NCBI GenBank assembly: GCA_041690135.1
Contig: JAWLHY010000011.1
Location: 224,001 to 288,000 of the forward strand
Reading direction: 5' to 3'
Length of the DNA stretch: 64,000 nucleotides
From: Armatimonadota bacterium
GTDB lineage: Bacteria > Armatimonadota > SYMT01
The notes under the pieces are model-generated. The model was not told the origin of the DNA and ran no database searches. It was given only the letters and a program-made list of their open reading frames with translations. This document shows positions 59,636-64,000 of this stretch, in pieces. The stretch's first letter is position 1; each line of letters begins with the position of its first letter. The translations under genes and the position numbers were made by a program.

Positions 59636-59964
59636 CTCGATCTCCTTTCCAGAGTACCAACGGCGATAACATACCCACCTGACGCGATGGAGTTACATCG
59701 GGACGAACTGGGCCACACCGCCAAGACGCCAAGAACGCCAAGAGGAAATAGGAAAGGGGGAGTCGGTTTCTCCCGGCCTCTCGAGCTCGTCCGCTCCGGC
59801 CAGCCCGGCGAGAAGACCCAGGAGCCCGAGCACCACCAGGGAAGAGCGATAGACTTGCATGGCAACACCTCCACGCGAAACGTGGCCGTATACTCACCTT
59901 CCACACCTGCGGTTCTTCAGCCGTCGACGTGGAACCTTGTAGGTTCGAGCAAACGAGGTAGCAG

Positions 59965-60945
59965 ATGCCGCTGGGACATATTGAGCAGGTCCTCTTTCAG
60001 AAGAACAAGCGCGTGCCGACAGCCGTGGGCGCGGAGATCGTGCCGATCACCCAGGGGGAGTTCCGGCGGGAGTACGGCTTTCCAGCGGACGGCGCGAACC
60101 TCTACTATGGGGTAAACCCGTGGCAGGTGGAGCAGTTCCGGCGCGAGGGAACGGCGCTGCGGGCGAAGCACCGCAACCAGCTCCGCGACCTGTGCGACAC
60201 GCTCCTGGCGAGTGACGTCCCCGCCATGAGCCTCAACCTCGGCCTAGAGCCCCGCGACCTGATGGCCCCGTATCCCTTTCTGGAGCAGCAGCCGGATCTC
60301 CTGGAGGCGTTGGCCGGAGAGATCCACGCCTTCCAGGAAGAGGCCCGCAAGCGGGACAAGACCCTGCAGATCTTCATCCGCTACGCCTCTGAAATGAACG
60401 AGGCGACCCTCAATCCGCACGACCAGCCGTGGGGCCGCAAAGGGTCCCTGCTGGACGACACGGAGCAGCAGGAGCATTACCGGCGGACCTTCCGCTCTAC
60501 CCGCGCCCTGTTCCGGAAGGCGGCGCCCCGGGTGGAGTTCGCCTTCTCGCCGGTCCTGCACCGGGGCATCCAGGGGCCGCGCTTCGACATCATTGAGAAG
60601 TACTGGCCCGGCGACGAGCATGTGGACGTGATCTCCTGCACCTGGTACGCCCGCCGGAAAACGGAAACGGACGCGGAGAGCCTGGAACTGTCGGCAGCGC
60701 CGCTGCGGAAGTACTTCACGGAGCGGATGGGGCGCCAACGGCCCTTCGCCCTGGATGAGATCGGCGGCGTGACCGGCCAGGGAAAAGAGGCCCGCGGCAA
60801 TGACGCCGTGCTGCTGCGGATGCTGGAGGTCCTCACGGCGCCGCCGCTCCACACGTTGAAGTACCGGTACGTCACCTTCTTCCTCGACGCGGACTGGGGG
60901 CGGGATGCCCGGCTGGAGTTCCTGCGGGCCGGCATGGGAGAGTAA
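59965..60945 (+). CDS. Putative clan GH-A (GH26-like) glycoside hydrolase
   Basis: IRYASEMN, YWPGDEHVDVI..Y, PFALDEIG. Confidence 0.6.
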   Translation: MPLGHIEQVLFQKNKRVPTAVGAEIVPITQGEFRREYGFPADGANLYYGVNPWQVEQFRREGTALRAKHRNQLRDLCDTLLASDVPAMSLNLGLEPRDLMAPYPFLEQQPDLLEALAGEIHAFQEEARKRDKTLQIFIRYASEMNEATLNPHDQPWGRKGSLLDDTEQQEHYRRTFRSTRALFRKAAPRVEFAFSPVLHRGIQGPRFDIIEKYWPGDEHVDVISCTWYARRKTETDAESLELSAAPLRKYFTERMGRQRPFALDEIGGVTGQGKEARGNDAVLLRMLEVLTAPPLHTLKYRYVTFFLDADWGRDARLEFLRAGMGE

Positions 60946-60953
60946 GGGGATCC

Positions 60954-61487
60954 ATGGCACGTAAGAAGCGCGACCCGCAGCGAGAAGCGCCGGTGGAGAA
61001 GCTGGTCCTCACCTACGAGGTTCGGGATGAAGACATCCGCCGTTTCCACGACTACCACCTCTGGCGCCACACCCGCCGCGCGCCGGCCGCCCTGTTCGTC
61101 ATCGCGATCGCCGGGACCGCCAGCGCGCTGATGTTCGCCGGCGAGGCGCCGCCCCTCTCCACCGCCCTCTATAGCGGGGTCTTTCCGATCCTGGCCTTCC
61201 TCTGGGTCTTCTGGTACTCGAAGCGGAAGATGGTCCGCATCGCCCGGGAGACGGGCGCCCTGGGCCCGCAGACCCTGGAGTTCACGAAGCGTGGCCTCTT
61301 CCAGCGCCGGGCGAACGGGGCCGAATCCCGCCGGCCGTGGGAGCATCCGGTCCGCATCATCGAACGGGGCGAGCAGGTCTTCGTTTACCTGAACCCGGTC
61401 CAGGCGCTGATTATCCCCCGGAGCGCTTTCGCCTCGCCCGAAGAACTGGAGCGGTTCCGCGCGGCGTTGGAACATTGGTCTGCTTGA
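60954..61487 (+). CDS. YcxB-like membrane protein
   Basis: Two TMs then ..W..I.E..ALIIPRSAF. Confidence 0.75.
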   Translation: MARKKRDPQREAPVEKLVLTYEVRDEDIRRFHDYHLWRHTRRAPAALFVIAIAGTASALMFAGEAPPLSTALYSGVFPILAFLWVFWYSKRKMVRIARETGALGPQTLEFTKRGLFQRRANGAESRRPWEHPVRIIERGEQVFVYLNPVQALIIPRSAFASPEELERFRAALEHWSA

Positions 61488-61500
61488 GGAGTTTTCAGGT

Positions 61501-61529
61501 TTGGGCAGACCCCGGAATCCCGGTATACT
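61501..61529 (+). promoter_or_regulatory. Promoter for the riboswitch leader
   Basis: TTGGGC-N17-TATACT. Confidence 0.6.
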
Positions 61530-61570
61530 CCAGGTGGAGAGCGGACCGCACCCGCTTTCCGATAGAACCA

Positions 61571-61713
61571 GACGCCTAATCCTGCGAAGGAACGGGGGAA
61601 CCACTCTGTTGGGGCGAAGGAGGGTTCAGGCAGCGACAACGCCGCCGGGACCGTCCCGGGTAGCTCTTCTCACCCGAGCCCGTCAGCTAACCTCGTCGGC
61701 GTGGCGCGAAGAG
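61571..61713 (+). ncRNA. c-di-AMP riboswitch (ydaO/yuaA class)
   Basis: ACGCC-TAAT-CCT(GCGA)AGG-AACGGGGGAACCA..TTGGGGCGAA..CGGGT-AGCTCTTCTC-ACCCG-AGCCCGTCAGCTAACCTCGTC-GGCGT..GAAGAG; P1 and the CTCTTC/GAAGAG pseudoknot are both present. Confidence 0.92.
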
Positions 61714-61772
61714 TCCAGCAAAGCGCCCCTTCCGGACAGCGCCGTCCGGGTAGCGCCTGCCGCATTCGACCC

Positions 61773-61803
61773 GCCACGCAGCCGCGTGGCCTTTTTGTTG
61801 TTT
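61773..61803 (+). terminator. Riboswitch expression-platform terminator
   Basis: GCCACGC-AGCC-GCGTGGC-CTTTTTGTTGTTT. Confidence 0.8.
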
Positions 61804-61847
61804 GCGGTGGAAGTGGGGTCGCCTGCGTTTCCCACGGAGATGTAAGG

Positions 61848-62078
61848 ATGCTGTTCGGCACCAAGGAGCGGTCCGCGACCGCTCGGGTCGTTAGCGAAGA
61901 TGCCGTCCTGTTGGGTCAGGATTTCCTGTTCGTCAACCATTCCGTCCCGCTTCCCGATGCGGAGCTGCGGTCGGCGGTCCCTCCCACCGATGCGGGGGAC
62001 TGGCTCCTGGAATTACATAAGGAAGGCGGCGGCGTGGTGCGCGTGCTGTTCGCCGAAGAAGACGAGGAGGAAGAGTGA
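61848..62078 (+). CDS. Small acidic hypothetical protein (76 aa)
   Basis: GGAG upstream; GC3-rich; ends EEDEEEE; stop overlaps next ATG (TGATG). Confidence 0.7.
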   Translation: MLFGTKERSATARVVSEDAVLLGQDFLFVNHSVPLPDAELRSAVPPTDAGDWLLELHKEGGGVVRVLFAEEDEEEE

Positions 62079-62494
62079 TGGCCCTCCCGGGCACGGGACC
62101 TTCTCCCGCCTCTTCGCCCCGGGGTGAGTTTCCACCGGAACCGTTCCGGTTGGAGATCACCGGCGACGGCCCGCGGATCACCGCCTCCGTAACCGGCCCT
62201 CTGGACGTGGAACATACCCCGACCTTCCTGGCGCGAGTGCGACTCCGGTGCCATCCCGAGTGCCGGGTAGCGGTCGATCTCAGCGGCGTGCCGTACCTGG
62301 ACAGCACGGGCGTGAGGGGACTCCTCGCCCTGAAACGGGAACTGGAAGAGCGCCACGGGGAGCTCTGCCTGATCGTCTCGAGGGGGAGCCGGGTGGAGTG
62401 GATCCTCCGCCTGCTGCAGATGGAACAGCAACTGGGGACCCGCCCGGAGCCCGAGGCCCCGGTAGATGAGCCGGACCTGCTGCGCGCGAATTGA
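62078..62494 (+). CDS. STAS-domain anti-sigma factor antagonist
   Basis: VTGPLD, VAVDLSGVPYLDSTG (phospho-Ser retained), VEWILRL. Confidence 0.88.
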   Translation: MALPGTGPSPASSPRGEFPPEPFRLEITGDGPRITASVTGPLDVEHTPTFLARVRLRCHPECRVAVDLSGVPYLDSTGVRGLLALKRELEERHGELCLIVSRGSRVEWILRLLQMEQQLGTRPEPEAPVDEPDLLRAN

Positions 62495-62699
62495 ATCCCG
62501 CGAGTGTGAGCCGCTCGGCATCCGGGGCATACTGGATGCCGAGCGGCCCCAACGCCAGGGGTGAACTGTGCCCCGTACTGCACGCGGGCCTCACCTCTAC
62601 CACAGCGCACGAGGGAATCCCGCGTGTGTTGACCCACGCCAACCCAGCCCTGAAGACGGTATCCTGAGCGGCGAAAAGCACCCCGTGATGGGCACGAGT

Positions 62700-62796
62700 T
62701 CCCCCTTCTTCCGTTCGGACCGGGTACCCGCAAGTGGGTGATGGGCTGCGTCGGAGAAGGCCGGGTACCCACGAAGTGGGTGGCGGGGGATGAGGT
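62700..62796 (+). repeat. Dispersed hairpin repeat with two nested mini-elements
   Basis: Same scaffold as 5944-5992, interrupted by CGGGTACCCGCAAGTGGGTG and CGGGTACCCACGAAGTGGGTG. Confidence 0.8.
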
Positions 62797-63014
62797 CACC
62801 CGGTCACCGCACACGCCAGAGACAACCCACACGGGGTGAGGACCCTCCGGAGACCGGACCCATCAGAGTTAACCCACATGGGGTCGTGGCGGTTCGGAAG
62901 AGGTGCCAGCCGGCGGGACGGGGGAGTGGTCCATTGCCCGGCCGGGACAGAGATCCGGCCCTACTCCCCCGCGTGTTCGCAAAGGGGTGATGTGGGAGGC
63001 AATGCAAGTGCCCC

Positions 63015-63137
63015 GTAGCTAGGACAGAACGGCTACCGCCGCGGGCGGGACGCCCTGCGCCACGGGAGCCTGGTAGCTGAGACCCAAGACGGCTACCGTC
63101 GCGGGCGAGACGCCCCGCGCCACGGTACGGGCAGCTA
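63015..63137. repeat. Two 60-bp tandem REP-like units
   Basis: ACGGCTACCGyCGCGGGCGrGACGCCCyGCGCCACGG at 63029 and 63089. Confidence 0.8.
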
Positions 63138-63251
63138 CCCCACGCGCATCAAGCCAAAGCGTCAACCACTCTTCCCGCCAACTTCTCCCCCTTCCATCCC
63201 CACTCCCTCTTTCGTTCCTTCTTTGCGTCTTTGCGTCTTGGCGCGAGATTA

Positions 63252-64000
63252 TTACCCCGTGCGGATGTAGAAGAGGAACTCCTGGACTTCGTCGCCTTTG
63301 TAGACGCGGTTCGCGCTGTCTACGTCGGCGCGGAAGCGGGGGTAGGTGAACTTGCTGTACTCGCGGATGCCGGAGGGGGACTTCCGGTCGAGCATCGCGA
63401 TCAGCTCCTCCTCTTCGATCAGGCCCTCGTTGTTGTAGGAGACGAGGATGTGGCGAAAACGGGCCTTCTCCAGCAGGTCCGCCATGGCGGTGCGGGCGCG
63501 GGTGCGCATGGCGAAGGCGGAGCGCTTGCCCTCGTCCGGGCGGAGGCCGGTCTTGCCGACCGGGGTGAACGCCTCCAGGTCCCAGCAGGCGATGGTCTCC
63601 AGCAGGTGGTAGTTGGCGTGGTACTGGCGCCGGTTGTAAGGGGGATCGATGTAGAGGATCTCCTGCTCCGCTTCGGCGGCGAGTTCGCCCACCAGGGCGT
63701 TGGCGTCCCGGCGGTAGACCCGGTGCGGCTTGTGGCCGTTGAGGAGCAGCGGCACCCGTAGCTGCAGCGGTTGGGCGGCGGACGGCTTCAGGTGTTTCAG
63801 GTAGGCGCCGTAGATGCTGGCCGTGTTGGCGACCATGTCCATCGACTCCACCAGCGAAGCCAGCAGCACGTGGAACTCGGCCTCGTCCACCCAGCCCTGC
63901 CGGCGCCACTCTTCCAGGGTGTCGCGGATCGCCTGGCATGCCATGCCGTTGCGTCGGCTGTAGTAGTTCCGGCCCGCGGAGCCCCCTTCGCAGTAGGTGT
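63252..64000 (-). CDS. DNA adenine methyltransferase (D12/FokI-like), 5'-truncated by window
   Basis: VANTASIYGAYLK, ILYIDPPYN.RQY..NYHLLETIA, VSYNNEG; frame open to window end. Confidence 0.9.
   Translation of the reverse strand, partial: TYCEGGSAGRNYYSRRNGMACQAIRDTLEEWRRQGWVDEAEFHVLLASLVESMDMVANTASIYGAYLKHLKPSAAQPLQLRVPLLLNGHKPHRVYRRDANALVGELAAEAEQEILYIDPPYNRRQYHANYHLLETIACWDLEAFTPVGKTGLRPDEGKRSAFAMRTRARTAMADLLEKARFRHILVSYNNEGLIEEEELIAMLDRKSPSGIREYSKFTYPRFRADVDSANRVYKGDEVQEFLFYIRTG

Noticed and set aside
63015-63137. Possible mini CRISPR array (~37-bp repeat, 60-bp period)
   Set aside because: Only two degenerate units, the spacers share sequence, the core recurs as a dispersed REP-like repeat, and there are no cas genes

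Overview
High-GC chromosomal window with no prophage, transposase, rRNA or CRISPR array. The lineage is probably Armatimonadota, inferred from the '[29 protein letters not shown]' DUF1559 prepilin-type proteins, PEP-CTERM proteins and DUF1080 proteins. Housekeeping and metabolic genes: purK (partial), tRNA-Arg(TCT), pcp, putA, an addB-addA-like pair, an amidohydrolase plus enolase-superfamily operon, an RRM protein, a desaturase-like gene and a partial adenine methylase. These are mixed with four sigma factors, two STAS proteins and many surface proteins. Highlights: (1) a complete c-di-AMP (ydaO-type) riboswitch with its own promoter and terminator in front of an unknown 76-aa gene coupled to a STAS anti-anti-sigma gene; (2) an atypical ECF sigma / double-zf-HC2 anti-sigma / exported WD40-caspase operon followed by two PEP-CTERM genes and an HExxH membrane protease; (3) an HpnP-like hopanoid C-2 methylase next to SigB/F-type sigma factors; (4) three dispersed, gaplessly alignable small helical paralogs; (5) nested ~20-bp mini-elements and heptamer palindromes, one lying in frame inside putA. 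All family calls come from reading motifs by eye; no database search was run.
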